In this document: piece by piece, positions 1 to 8,330 of the stretch
Numbering within the stretch: the first letter of the stretch is position 1
Layout of the letters: each line of letters opens with the position of its first letter
NCBI GenBank assembly: GCA_034439715.1
Contig: JAWXAY010000013.1
Location: 1 to 20,736 of the forward strand
Source of the DNA: Pseudomonadota bacterium
GTDB taxonomy: Bacteria; Bdellovibrionota; Bdellovibrionia; Bdellovibrionales; SG-bin7
Length of the DNA: 20,736 nt
Direction of reading: 5' to 3'
Position numbers and translations under genes: made by a program
The notes under the pieces: model-generated
The model's input: the letters and a program-made list of their open reading frames with translations, nothing else
The model's database searches: none
What the model was told of the DNA's origin: nothing

Positions 1-654
1 GTAAGTCTCTGGGCCAAACCAGCGTCTATTGGTTGAATCATATGTCATATTTACGCCAGCAGAAGTTCTATACGTCCACTGCCGACAGCCTTGCGTCCCT
101 GAGAAATCAAGCGATGCCGTGTATACGTCGGGATTTGCAGGGACTGGGCAAAGTGGTGGAGGTGGGGGCGGTGGCGTTGTCGTAGTATACGCAACTGTAG
201 GATCAAAGGTCGTAGAGTCACAACCCCACTCGGTTTTTCTGTTGACGATAAAATCAATAGTTTCGCTGAGCGCAACAGTTGTAGTGACATCATAAGTAAG
301 TCCCGTGGTATTGCCGTTCGCGAGTGTGTTTGTCCATAAGACTGTAGCTCCCTTTTTGATAGAGATATTTACACCATCACCACAAGTTGAGTGTGCATCA
401 GACACTCTACCAGTGATTCGAACACTTCCGCCTTTGGGCGCGGTCCACCGGCGTACAGCATCGGCGACGTTGCCTGGATGGGCGCCATTACTATATATTC
501 GCAAGTAAGTCTCTGGGCCCTGCCACAGGTTCGCGGCAGTATCGAAAGTCATATTGGCGCCAGCAGAAGTTCTATAGGTCCACTGCCGACAACCCTGAAT
601 TGTCGAAAAGTCGACAGAGGCGGTGTACACGTCGGGATTTGCTGGGACTGGGCA
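1..654 (-). repeat. Intragenic tandem repeat, period 504 bp (complete unit 151-654; second unit begins at 150 and is truncated)
   Basis: GTAAGTCTCTGGGCC occurs at 1 and 505. GCCAGCAGAAGTTCTATA, GTCCACTGCCGACA and GTCGGGATTTGC are also duplicated at an offset of 504 bp. Confidence 0.9.
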
Positions 655-1179
655 AGTGGTTGGCGCAGCGGCCATCCGTACGCTCCCCACGCTCTGCACA
701 GCCCTCTGACAAAAGTTACCAACTAACGTGATTGGTGACTCTCCCTCTCCCTGTTCGGAAGCGTGATTTAATAAAAGCTCGCCTTCGAACCGGTCAAAAA
801 TAGAGCCAGAACATTTTAGGTCTACTTGTCCGTTTTGCGTGAGATCTATAGATCCGTTGCAATCATGATGTAAACTCGAAAATAAAATCGTAGATTCACT
901 TGTCTTTATTTCACCGATACAAGTAACGGGGTTCTTGGAGGCAAAGATATTTTCACCAAAAACTAAATCAGTACAACTCCCTAACAAGAAATCATTTCCC
1001 GCCCGAGTGTAATTAAGACTTAAAGCCAACGGAGATTTACATTCCTGTGTAGATATTCTTTCTTGTCCTGGCAGCTTTGAGAAAACTACCTTAGCAGACT
1101 TTGAACCGTCACACCCTGCTATCGACAAAAAAACCACTAGACAAAATAATGCCTTAAAAATTTTTCTTTGATTGTACAA
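1..1179 (-). CDS. Putative lipoprotein with tandem ~168-aa Cys-containing beta-rich repeats; 3' end runs off the window
   Basis: Manual translation gives an open frame from TTG at 1179 to base 1 (393 codons, no stop), so the ORF track omits it. AAGGGG lies 8 nt upstream. The N-terminus MYNQRKIFKALFCLVVFLSIAG-C has a lipobox-like IAGC. The repeat CPVPANPDVYTASxDFSxxQGCRQWTYRTSAG occurs twice, joined by a TTTTPPPPPPPL linker. Confidence 0.85.
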   Translation of the reverse strand, partial: MYNQRKIFKALFCLVVFLSIAGCDGSKSAKVVFSKLPGQERISTQECKSPLALSLNYTRAGNDFLLGSCTDLVFGENIFASKNPVTCIGEIKTSESTILFSSLHHDCNGSIDLTQNGQVDLKCSGSIFDRFEGELLLNHASEQGEGESPITLVGNFCQRAVQSVGSVRMAAAPTTCPVPANPDVYTASVDFSTIQGCRQWTYRTSAGANMTFDTAANLWQGPETYLRIYSNGAHPGNVADAVRRWTAPKGGSVRITGRVSDAHSTCGDGVNISIKKGATVLWTNTLANGNTTGLTYDVTTTVALSETIDFIVNRKTEWGCDSTTFDPTVAYTTTTPPPPPPPLCPVPANPDVYTASLDFSGTQGCRQWTYRTSAGVNMTYDSTNRRWFGPETY

Positions 1180-1211
1180 GCTATACACCCCTTAAGAAAA
1201 ACCTAGAGCAA

Positions 1212-1227
1212 TACAATTTCTGCGCCA
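1212..1227 (-). promoter_or_regulatory. Possible degenerate sigma54 promoter for the lipoprotein gene
   Basis: Minus strand reads TGGCGCAGAAATTGTA: good -24 box and correct spacing, but TTGT instead of TTGC at -12. Confidence 0.3.
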
Positions 1228-1400
1228 AAAAACGAAAAATCGCTTCTAGGCAGTTAGAATCAATAGAAGGAGTTTAAAGCACCCAACTTCTTGTCGAACT
1301 TATTATATGTATAAAATAAAGCGATAGACCGCGAGACAATTTACGCGCGAAGTGACAATTTATAATACTGGGAGCGACCCTACAATAAATTCGGGCTGTG

Positions 1401-2294
1401 TCAATGCTCTATCTCAGCTTTATACAACCGGCTAGGCTTAGACACATCATCGGCATCGTCGACTAAAAAGATAGACTTTCCGTCTAAAACTATTCCCTCG
1501 AGCTTTGTGACCGGTTCAAACTCTGTCATTAAAACAGCCTTACCTTGTTCGAGGCGAAATAAAACACTGCCATGGACTTTACCGTCGGAAAAACTATTTT
1601 TATTCCCCTCAGCTGTTGCCAATGCCATCGCACCAGAAGGTCCCATCACAGCATCGGTAAAACTGAGGCCAACGCCCGCCAATTTTTCAAGACTTAGTTT
1701 TTCGAATTCGATATTCATATCCCAATTTCCCGATTTGATAGCTTTCAGCCAATCTGTGAAAACTATTTTGAAAATCCCGTTCACCATGATTTTGCCACTG
1801 CCGCGCTGAAGGAGGTGTAACTTTTGATCTTTAACAAAGATACCCTCAAAATTGAGATCGTCGACGTAGGCCTTTAACTTTATTCCTAACGAAGAAATAT
1901 CAAACACCTGGGGCTTATCCAACTCGCCTTGGTCAGTCATGGGAACCAAAACACCTGCCATTCGCCTTTTTTTTGAAGCCGATGGCCACGCTACTAATGC
2001 CCCAAAGGGGGGATACTCTTTTTCGCTCAGTAAAAGTAATGATTCAAAATCGGGCTTCATTTTTTTTCGCTCTTTGGGATCAGCCGGAAGCTCACCCTCC
2101 ATAAGGCGGTAACTTGTTAAAAATTTTTCAGACTCACGAAACGAAAAAAGAAAAAACTCATCATCAGCAATGACAAAAAAACGGCCCCCTTTTTTGACGA
2201 TACCACTGGCCGCTGTCACATAGGCTGGTCGTCCTGCCGACAACGGTTTTTCGAGCAAAAGCTCGCGCTCTACTCTGAGTTTTGTTTTAGTCAT
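1401..2294 (-). CDS. Hypothetical protein, DUF6929/DUF3616-like (probable beta-propeller with acidic motifs)
   Basis: Motifs AASGI..IADDE, KPDFESL, LNFEGI, KLEGI and VDDADD. The start was reassigned to ATG 2294 (MTKTKL), which overlaps the upstream TGA as ATGA, implying translational coupling. Confidence 0.6.
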   Translation of the reverse strand: MTKTKLRVERELLLEKPLSAGRPAYVTAASGIVKKGGRFFVIADDEFFLFSFRESEKFLTSYRLMEGELPADPKERKKMKPDFESLLLLSEKEYPPFGALVAWPSASKKRRMAGVLVPMTDQGELDKPQVFDISSLGIKLKAYVDDLNFEGIFVKDQKLHLLQRGSGKIMVNGIFKIVFTDWLKAIKSGNWDMNIEFEKLSLEKLAGVGLSFTDAVMGPSGAMALATAEGNKNSFSDGKVHGSVLFRLEQGKAVLMTEFEPVTKLEGIVLDGKSIFLVDDADDVSKPSRLYKAEIEH

Positions 2295-3697
2295 GGAGCA
2301 CCTAGTGTATTTGTGATCCATTTAATAAAAGCCGTCTTCTTGGCTGTGAAAGGCGCATATCGCGCCTTTAGATCAAAGTACTTAGAGCGCTTGATGACAC
2401 TCTTACTATGACTGAAAACCAAGAAACTGTGATGACCATGGTAGTGACCCATGCCACTTTCACCGACACCGCCAAATGGTAGGTGAGGGTTTCCGATATG
2501 CGCTAATACATCGTTAATACAGCCGCCACCAAATGCTAGGTTGTTCTGAAACAACTTTTGATGGGAAATGGATCGCGAAAATAAATAAGCCGATAGCGGC
2601 TTAGGGTATGTGTTAATTTCAGAAAACGTTTGAACCAAATTTTTATAAGTCATTACAGGGAGTATTGGACCAAAAATTTCCTCTTTCATAACAGCATCGG
2701 TCCAAGAAATGTTTTTTAAAATAGTGGGTTCAATAAAAAGATCTTGAGAGTCGTGCCTTCCCCCAAAATAAATTTTTGAAGGCTCAATAAGTTTTGTCAG
2801 TCGATCAAAATTACGTTTGTTTATGATTCGGCCATAGCTATCACTGTTTTGAGTATTTTCGCCAAATTGCATTTGAATTTGCTGACGCATTTTTTCAAAT
2901 AGTAGTTCTGATACAGATTCATGTACTAAAAGATAGTCGGGACCCACGCAAGTTTGACCAGCGTTAATGAGTTTGCCCCAAATAATTCGCTTGGCGCTTA
3001 AATCGAGGTCGGCGGTCTCGTCGACTATTACCGGGCTTTTGCCGCCAAGTTCTAGTGTCACTGGTATAAGATTTTTTGCTGCCGCCTGCATGACGATTCT
3101 GCCCACCATAGTACTGCCGGTAAAAAAAATATGATCAAATTTGAGATCCAGCAGCGCCGTGGTCTCGGGAATTCCACCTTCAATGACCGCTATGTATTCC
3201 TGCGCAAAAGTTTCAGCAAAGATGTGACTTAAAGTTTTTGCAGTTTCAGAGGCTAGCTCTGAGGGCTTAATCAGAGCACAGTCACCTGCGGCAATGGCGC
3301 CAACGAGCGGGGCAATAATTAGCTGGAGAGGGTAATTCCAGGGACCAATGATGAGGACAATGCCGAGAGGATCATAAATTATTCGGCTCCGCGAGGGCCA
3401 CAAAATCAAGGGCGCCCTCACTTTTTTTGGCTTCATCCAGCAAGATAGGTTTTTTTTAGCCAGACGAATTTCTTCGAGACAGATGCAAAGCTCGGTCATC
3501 CAAGTTTCATGAGCCGATTTTTTGAGGTCTTGACCGAGTGCCTTGACAATACCGTTTTGGTTTTTAAGAAGCATCTGTTCTAGCTTCTCCAGCATCTGTA
3601 GACGGAATTCTTTGGAACGAGTTTTATTAGAAGCAAAAAAAGTCTTTTGCTTTTTAAAGATCTCTGAAGTGGACTCAGATGATTGATCGCTAGTCAT
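2291..3697 (-). CDS. NAD(P)-dependent aldehyde dehydrogenase (ALDH3 / YwdH / CalB-like class)
   Basis: Motifs PWNYP, KPSE, FFTGSTMVG, TLELGGKSP (catalytic Glu), NAGQTCVGPDY (catalytic Cys), EEIFGP and PFGGVGESGMG. RBS GAGG upstream. Confidence 0.95.
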   Translation of the reverse strand: MTSDQSSESTSEIFKKQKTFFASNKTRSKEFRLQMLEKLEQMLLKNQNGIVKALGQDLKKSAHETWMTELCICLEEIRLAKKNLSCWMKPKKVRAPLILWPSRSRIIYDPLGIVLIIGPWNYPLQLIIAPLVGAIAAGDCALIKPSELASETAKTLSHIFAETFAQEYIAVIEGGIPETTALLDLKFDHIFFTGSTMVGRIVMQAAAKNLIPVTLELGGKSPVIVDETADLDLSAKRIIWGKLINAGQTCVGPDYLLVHESVSELLFEKMRQQIQMQFGENTQNSDSYGRIINKRNFDRLTKLIEPSKIYFGGRHDSQDLFIEPTILKNISWTDAVMKEEIFGPILPVMTYKNLVQTFSEINTYPKPLSAYLFSRSISHQKLFQNNLAFGGGCINDVLAHIGNPHLPFGGVGESGMGHYHGHHSFLVFSHSKSVIKRSKYFDLKARYAPFTAKKTAFIKWITNTLGAP

Positions 3698-3745
3698 TAC
3701 CTCTAAGTCGATAGGAATTTTAAAGTGGAGTCAATCACTCTCTTT

Positions 3746-3874
3746 CTACTTACCCCTGAAAAAGAAAAGCCAAAGAAATACAACTAAAATTCCGGGCACT
3801 CCCATGAAATATAGCAGTATCGGAGCAGCCACTCTTCCACTGACGTTATCTACCATTGTTTTTAAATTTTTCAT
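3746..3874 (-). CDS. Small 42-aa membrane peptide
   Basis: MKNLKTMVDNVSGRVAAPILLYFMGVPGILVVFLWLFFFRGK. An AAGGA RBS precedes ATG 3874 and a sigma54 promoter lies directly upstream. Confidence 0.7.
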   Translation of the reverse strand: MKNLKTMVDNVSGRVAAPILLYFMGVPGILVVFLWLFFFRGK

Positions 3875-3932
3875 TTGGTTTGTCCTTTCAAATTTATTTA
3901 ATGTTGCCGATTGTCGCACTTTTATAACTAAA

Positions 3933-3948
3933 AGCAAAACAAGTGCCA
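3933..3948 (-). promoter_or_regulatory. Sigma54 (-24/-12) promoter
   Basis: Minus strand TGGCACTTGTTTTGCT is GG-N10-GC, close to the consensus TGGCACGNNNNTTGCW, about 60 nt upstream of the small-peptide start. Confidence 0.8.
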
Positions 3949-4043
3949 AATTTGTTCACGGACAATTCCTGCCAGAACGAATAGAGGAAATTTTGGGTTA
4001 CCTTTGTGACTTCCCTGGTGCAATTTGTCCCAAACAAAAGGCT

Positions 4044-4625
4044 TTAGCTAACTGAATATTCAATCGGTTTGCAGGTGCCGCTATTAGTTGCCTGATCGGC
4101 ACAGGCCGTTAGGCCCACTAGTAAATCTTCGCACGCACGAAAAACAATAAAATCTGTTGGCTTATTTAGAGGGGTGCCTACTCGAATCTTTCCGCTTTGA
4201 TCAAATTCAATATTCATGAAAATATTAAAAGTCGTCGAGATCAGTTCGAAGTGCCGATTGAAAGGAGCAAATGCGCTACTGAGATTTTGGTGACAGCTGG
4301 GATGATAATCTTTGGTTTTTGAAAGCATCTGAAACATCTGTAGGCTGCACGGAGTAACTAAGAAATCGTTTCGGCCACAGGTGTCCTCGATTATGTCAAG
4401 AAGTGGCAGCCCTGCATTTGAAAATAAGGTGTGGCCTTTGCTGAAAAGCAAAGTCTCGTTGTAATCAATGGTTCGACCAGATGAAAGCGCATCAAGCGGT
4501 CGCGTTTGCGAAAAACAAAAAAGATCGGCTACTTGAAGCCCGGTTGGTGAACGGACAGTGAGCTCGTCATTTTTACTAAGGCGAAAGCTCGTTCCAGATT
4601 GGGGGTTAATGCAAGTTGGCCTCAA
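4044..4625 (-). CDS. DUF1989 (urea carboxylase-associated / YcgI-like) protein
   Basis: Motifs GLQVADL, LSSGRTIDY, DTCGRNDFLVTPCS, HPSCHQNL, FNIFMN and GLTACA..NSG. The likely start is TTG 4625 overlapping the upstream TGA (TTGA); the ORF-track alternative is 4670. Confidence 0.88.
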   Translation of the reverse strand: MRPTCINPQSGTSFRLSKNDELTVRSPTGLQVADLFCFSQTRPLDALSSGRTIDYNETLLFSKGHTLFSNAGLPLLDIIEDTCGRNDFLVTPCSLQMFQMLSKTKDYHPSCHQNLSSAFAPFNRHFELISTTFNIFMNIEFDQSGKIRVGTPLNKPTDFIVFRACEDLLVGLTACADQATNSGTCKPIEYSVS

Positions 4626-5296
4626 GGAGATTTGTTCTCTTGTTTTATAAATTGAAAAGGGCACTTCCATGACTCAGGATTTTCGCGCCCTGAGTATTGA
4701 ATCGACTCCCAAGTATCTCCATGCGCAAGTACCATGGGATTGACCGAACCTTGGAACATCAGCTCGCGCTGCCGAATGGTTTTGACCATGGCGGCATAGG
4801 TTCCCTCGTTTTCAAATTTTTCAAACTGCGAAAAGGCATTAAAAACCATTGCGGGACGTGAAAATCTTCGGGCCAAGCGCGAGCTTTGAGGATGTAACCC
4901 AACCACAAAAAGTTTCTCGCCATTCAAACTTAGACAAAACAAAGGGTCTTTAGGTTCGACTGAACTATTTTTACCCCAATCAAACGGTCGATCCTCTTCA
5001 GATGACAGCAGAGATAGTTCTCGCCAGAATTTTTCTTCAAATTGGGTTTCGCTATCAGGCCTTTGATTGGTGTCGGTAAAAACGGCCCAAAAGCTCAAAT
5101 AACGAGATTGTGTGGAACTCTGCAATTCTAAAAAATTTAATAAATCACCGCGCAGTTCTTGCCAGTTATTAAGGGTTCCAAATCTTCCGTATTCTCCGAC
5201 CAAATAGTCTTTTCGTACTACCGATTGAATGGCGGCGACACAAGGATAATTTTTTTGCAAGATAAATGCACGAATCTCATTGTTGATTTCTTTCAT
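4622..5296 (-). CDS. YqcI/YcgG family protein (heme-dependent guanidine N-hydroxylase family; GntA/DcsA/AglA-like)
   Basis: Motifs YPCVAA (conserved PC), FEEKFW, DPLFCLSLNGEKLFVVGLHPQSSRLARRF, MVFN..QFE, IRQRE..QGSVNP, ESIQYSGR and WKCPF. This family is commonly paired with DUF1989. Confidence 0.88.
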   Translation of the reverse strand: MKEINNEIRAFILQKNYPCVAAIQSVVRKDYLVGEYGRFGTLNNWQELRGDLLNFLELQSSTQSRYLSFWAVFTDTNQRPDSETQFEEKFWRELSLLSSEEDRPFDWGKNSSVEPKDPLFCLSLNGEKLFVVGLHPQSSRLARRFSRPAMVFNAFSQFEKFENEGTYAAMVKTIRQRELMFQGSVNPMVLAHGDTWESIQYSGRENPESWKCPFQFIKQENKSP

Positions 5297-5325
5297 ACTA
5301 CTTTCCAGCGGCGTGCATTTAACAA

Positions 5326-5373
5326 TCAGACGAGGCGCTTAGCATAATTTAAAGCTAAGCAACCTCAATCTGA
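5326..5373 (-). terminator. Long imperfect stem-loop (terminator, attenuator or mRNA stabiliser)
   Basis: Plus strand TCAGACGAGGCGCTTAGC - 10-nt loop - GCTAAGCAACCTCAATCTGA, located just after the stress-protein stop. The U-tract on the minus strand is weak (TTGTT). Confidence 0.55.
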
Positions 5374-5384
5374 ATGGGAATCAG

Positions 5385-5981
5385 CTAGTAGGACTTCGGT
5401 AAGTCACTCTTAAGGTCCATGTCTTTTTCTTTACGTCTGCTAAAATACTCATTGCTATCACTCTTAGCTTCACCAGTCGAAGCAATGTCTTCGGCTCCGG
5501 TGCGCTCAAGACATTCCTTGGCTCTCGAAGCTTCGTCCGAGTCGTCGGTATGAACTGAAAGTAGAAGACCACCATTTTTAACAAAACCTTCGTACCGTTT
5601 AGCTTCGTACTCAGGCATACCTAGGCCAATCAGGGCACCACTCACTCCTCCGATTGTTCCGCCAACTCCAGCTCCAGCCAATGTCGCTACGATGGGTCCA
5701 GCGGCTATCAATGGCCCTATACCTGGGATAGCTAGTGCACCAATACCTGCAAGTAAACCAAGAGTACCTCCAATGAGGACCCCAGCTCCAGCTCCGGTGG
5801 CACTGCCTTCGGGTGCTTTTGTACCCTTAACATGCGCAAAATTTTGTGACCCTCTTTCGTCAGGCAAAAGAACAGATATATCTGAAGTCATAAAGCCATC
5901 GGCCTTAAGAGCATCTACGGCCTCCTCTACTTCAGTACGTGTTTTATAAACGCCAAGTACGGCAGTGTTTTTTCCACTCAT
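5385..5981 (-). CDS. General stress membrane protein (YflT/DUF3341-like, Gly-zipper hairpin)
   Basis: AVDALKADGF..DISVL, a Gly/Ala-rich segment GAGAGVLIGGTLGLLAGIGALAIPGIGPLIAAGP, and LIGLGMPEYEAKRYEGFVKNGGLLLSVH. RBS AAGGAG. Confidence 0.85.
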   Translation of the reverse strand: MSGKNTAVLGVYKTRTEVEEAVDALKADGFMTSDISVLLPDERGSQNFAHVKGTKAPEGSATGAGAGVLIGGTLGLLAGIGALAIPGIGPLIAAGPIVATLAGAGVGGTIGGVSGALIGLGMPEYEAKRYEGFVKNGGLLLSVHTDDSDEASRAKECLERTGAEDIASTGEAKSDSNEYFSRRKEKDMDLKSDLPKSY

Positions 5982-6009
5982 AAAATTCTCCTTTAAAAGG
6001 TTGGTTGTT

Positions 6010-6408
6010 TTACTCTTTTACGATCGCCATTTCATTGTTTACGTTTGAAGCGCCAGCAAATGAACGCGCACTTTTCAAAATACTATTTTCTTCATCTTGG
6101 GAACGGACCGGACCTTTGACAGTTACTTTACCGTCTACTGTAATGATTTTAACATTTTGCCCATACACGGAGAGATCTTTGATTTTCATTAAGTCTTCTC
6201 GGATGCGGCGAGTAAGTTCTGTGTCACCTTCGCTATTTGATTGTTGGTCAGCCGTTAATGCATCGGCAGAGCGATCCCGTTGGTTAACTTTACTGTTGTC
6301 AGATTTACTGTTGGCAGAATCTTTGCCGGCAAATGAGGGAGAGCTCCATAGCGCCAACGACAGTATTGAAACTATTAAACCAAATTTTTTAATTAACATC
6401 ATGCTCAT
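6010..6408 (-). CDS. Exported BON-domain protein (OsmY-like)
   Basis: Signal peptide ending SFA. BON motif DTELTRRIREDL..NVKIITVDGKVTVKGPV..GASNVNNEM. RBS AAGGAG. Confidence 0.9.
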   Translation of the reverse strand: MSMMLIKKFGLIVSILSLALWSSPSFAGKDSANSKSDNSKVNQRDRSADALTADQQSNSEGDTELTRRIREDLMKIKDLSVYGQNVKIITVDGKVTVKGPVRSQDEENSILKSARSFAGASNVNNEMAIVKE

Positions 6409-6479
6409 AAATTCTCCTTGTTAGTGTTTATTTTCTTCGCTCAAATAGCGCGACAAAACCAGTTGCTCGCACTAATGTT

Positions 6480-6495
6480 TGCAATTCCAAGGCCA
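6480..6495 (-). promoter_or_regulatory. Sigma54 (-24/-12) promoter for the BON/stress genes
   Basis: Minus strand TGGCCTTGGAATTGCA is GG-N10-GC, about 70 nt upstream of the BON start. Confidence 0.75.
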
Positions 6496-6530
6496 GCCTC
6501 AGTTCAGCTTTTGACGATTTCAGTAATTCT

Positions 6531-6581
6531 TTGAGGCGTTTTGAATCGTTAAATTTTAATCAATTGAGGCGTTTTGAATCG
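6531..6581. promoter_or_regulatory. Perfect 18-bp direct repeat, probable enhancer (UAS) for an NtrC-family activator
   Basis: TTGAGGCGTTTTGAATCG at 6531-6548 and 6564-6581 (33-bp period), just upstream of the sigma54 -24 box. Confidence 0.65.
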
Positions 6582-6616
6582 CTGAAGGAGTAGTCACACT
6601 AAAAAGACGGACTGAA

Positions 6617-6985
6617 TTAGATTGGTCTCCAGCTGTTGAGTTCTTTCGATAATTTATCTAGTGCAATCTTTAATTCTTTAAAATTCTCTTCTGCATTTTC
6701 GAATACTTTGTTGTGACCCATTTCCTCAAGTTTCGCCGCAAGAAGTATCGAGGGTTTCGCGCAAAAGTTTAAGACTACCCCCTTCAAAGTGTGGGCTGCC
6801 ATTTCAAGTTCAGCCGAATTTTTTGATTTGATCGCCAACTCGATTGCCACAATCTGCTGAGGGAGCTCCCTGTGAAAACTTGCTATGATTTCATTTGCCA
6901 GAGAATCCATTCCTTGAAAGTTGGCTAGAAATGCCTCGCGATCAAAAGCAAAAGAAGTTGCGGATGATTTTTTGTCAGCAGTCAT
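6617..6985 (-). CDS. Hpt (histidine phosphotransfer) protein
   Basis: AAHTLKG phospho-His motif, helical 122-aa protein, starts 3 nt after the kinase stop. Confidence 0.92.
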   Translation of the reverse strand: MTADKKSSATSFAFDREAFLANFQGMDSLANEIIASFHRELPQQIVAIELAIKSKNSAELEMAAHTLKGVVLNFCAKPSILLAAKLEEMGHNKVFENAEENFKELKIALDKLSKELNSWRPI

Positions 6986-6988
6986 GTC

Positions 6989-8329
6989 CTACGCTTTACG
7001 CTTTCTCTCAAGTTGAGAAGTGCTCACCTTCTTCAGGGTTTCAACAAGAGCACGAATAGTAATGGGTTTACTAAGAAAGCCATCCATCCCGCTCTCGTAA
7101 CAACGATCTATATCTTCTTTCATGGTACTAGAAGTGAGTGCTATAATTTGAGGGCGCTGCGACTTTTTGTACTTGGAATTAATTTGCTTCGTTGTTTCAA
7201 AGCCATCCATCTCGGGCATGTGGCAATCCATTAAAACAAGGTCATAAAAATGCCGCTCTAGCAACGCTAGTGTCTCTTTACCATTGGCTGCGACATCAGC
7301 ATGGTAGTTTAAATTCTCCAGTAGCCCAACAGCTACGAGCTGATAGGTGCGATTGTCTTCTGCAATCAAAATGCGAAGGGGATGCTTACTTCCCATTTCG
7401 GGATCAAAGATAGCAAACGGATTTGTCGGAGTTTCCGACTCGGCAGCCTTACTTTCTTGAGCTAGAAAAGTGAAAGTGAAAACCGATCCTTGGCCGACTT
7501 CACTTTTTACTTCAATCGTGCCGCCCATCTTCTCACAAAGTCCTTTGCTGATCGCTAAACCCAAACCTGTTCCCCCAAATCGTCGCGTGGTTGAGGCGTC
7601 TACTTGAGAAAAAGAGAGAAAAAGTTTATTCTTTACTTCTTCGGGAATGCCTAGGCCAGTGTCTTTGACTGCAAATTTAAACTTGAATGTCTTGCCGTCA
7701 AGGGCTGTTGCCTGAGACGAAATTTCGACGCGTCCAACATCGGTAAATTTGATAGCATTTGCGATGAGGTTTATGAGAATTTGTCTAAATCGTGTTACGT
7801 CTCCTACCACCCAGGATGGAACGTCGGATTCGTGAACATATGAAAGTATAATTCCTTTTTCTGAGGCTTTTGTATCTAGAAGTTCAACGACCTCATTGAC
7901 AGTCAAGTGTAGTGCAAAGGGATGCATTTCAAATTCCACCTTGCCGACTTCGAGCTTTGAAAAATCGAGTACGTTGTTGATGAGCTCAAGCAGCGAATTC
8001 CCACAGTTTTGAATGATCTTTAACCGTTCAACCCCCACGGGGTCTGTGACGGAACTCAAGAGCAGATTGGACATCCCGATAATTCCATTCATTGGGGTGC
8101 GAATTTCATGACTCATGTTTGCCAAAAACTGCTTTTTAGCTTGATTGGCCCTGATGGCCTCGTCTCGAGCAATTTGAAGGTCATGAGTTCGATGTGCTAC
8201 CTCTGACTCGAGATTTTTAGTATTCAGATATAGTTCTCGACTTTTGCTCTCGAGCAAGGACTCCGCCTCCTTAAGAGCCATCTCAAGTCTTTTTATTTTT
8301 CGCTCTAAAAGGGGTTGATTTGTTTTCAT
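6989..8329 (-). CDS. H-NOX-associated soluble hybrid histidine kinase (coiled coil-HisKA-HATPase-REC)
   Basis: H-box [14 protein letters not shown]-box [11 protein letters not shown]1 DTGLG, G2 [13 protein letters not shown] motifs [15 protein letters not shown] and SKP. N-terminal [13 protein letters not shown] coiled coil, with no TM or sensor domain. Confidence 0.93.
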   Translation of the reverse strand: MKTNQPLLERKIKRLEMALKEAESLLESKSRELYLNTKNLESEVAHRTHDLQIARDEAIRANQAKKQFLANMSHEIRTPMNGIIGMSNLLLSSVTDPVGVERLKIIQNCGNSLLELINNVLDFSKLEVGKVEFEMHPFALHLTVNEVVELLDTKASEKGIILSYVHESDVPSWVVGDVTRFRQILINLIANAIKFTDVGRVEISSQATALDGKTFKFKFAVKDTGLGIPEEVKNKLFLSFSQVDASTTRRFGGTGLGLAISKGLCEKMGGTIEVKSEVGQGSVFTFTFLAQESKAAESETPTNPFAIFDPEMGSKHPLRILIAEDNRTYQLVAVGLLENLNYHADVAANGKETLALLERHFYDLVLMDCHMPEMDGFETTKQINSKYKKSQRPQIIALTSSTMKEDIDRCYESGMDGFLSKPITIRALVETLKKVSTSQLERKRKA

Positions 8330-8330
8330 C

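Noticed and set aside
29..726. Short ORFs 29..295, 51..293, 305..508 and 391..726
   Set aside because: They are antisense or out-of-frame shadows of the long minus-strand lipoprotein gene; the poly-Gly run is the complement of its poly-Pro linker.
3875..3949. 67-aa extended version of the small membrane protein
   Set aside because: The extension runs through the sigma54 promoter, and the RBS supports ATG 3874.
5297..5384. Guanidine riboswitch upstream of YqcI/YcgG-DUF1989
   Set aside because: No twin ACGR-tetraloop hairpins or other recognisable guanidine aptamer consensus; only a simple hairpin is present.
6531..6581. Direct repeat as a mini-CRISPR
   Set aside because: Only two 18-bp copies with a 15-bp spacer, and no cas genes.
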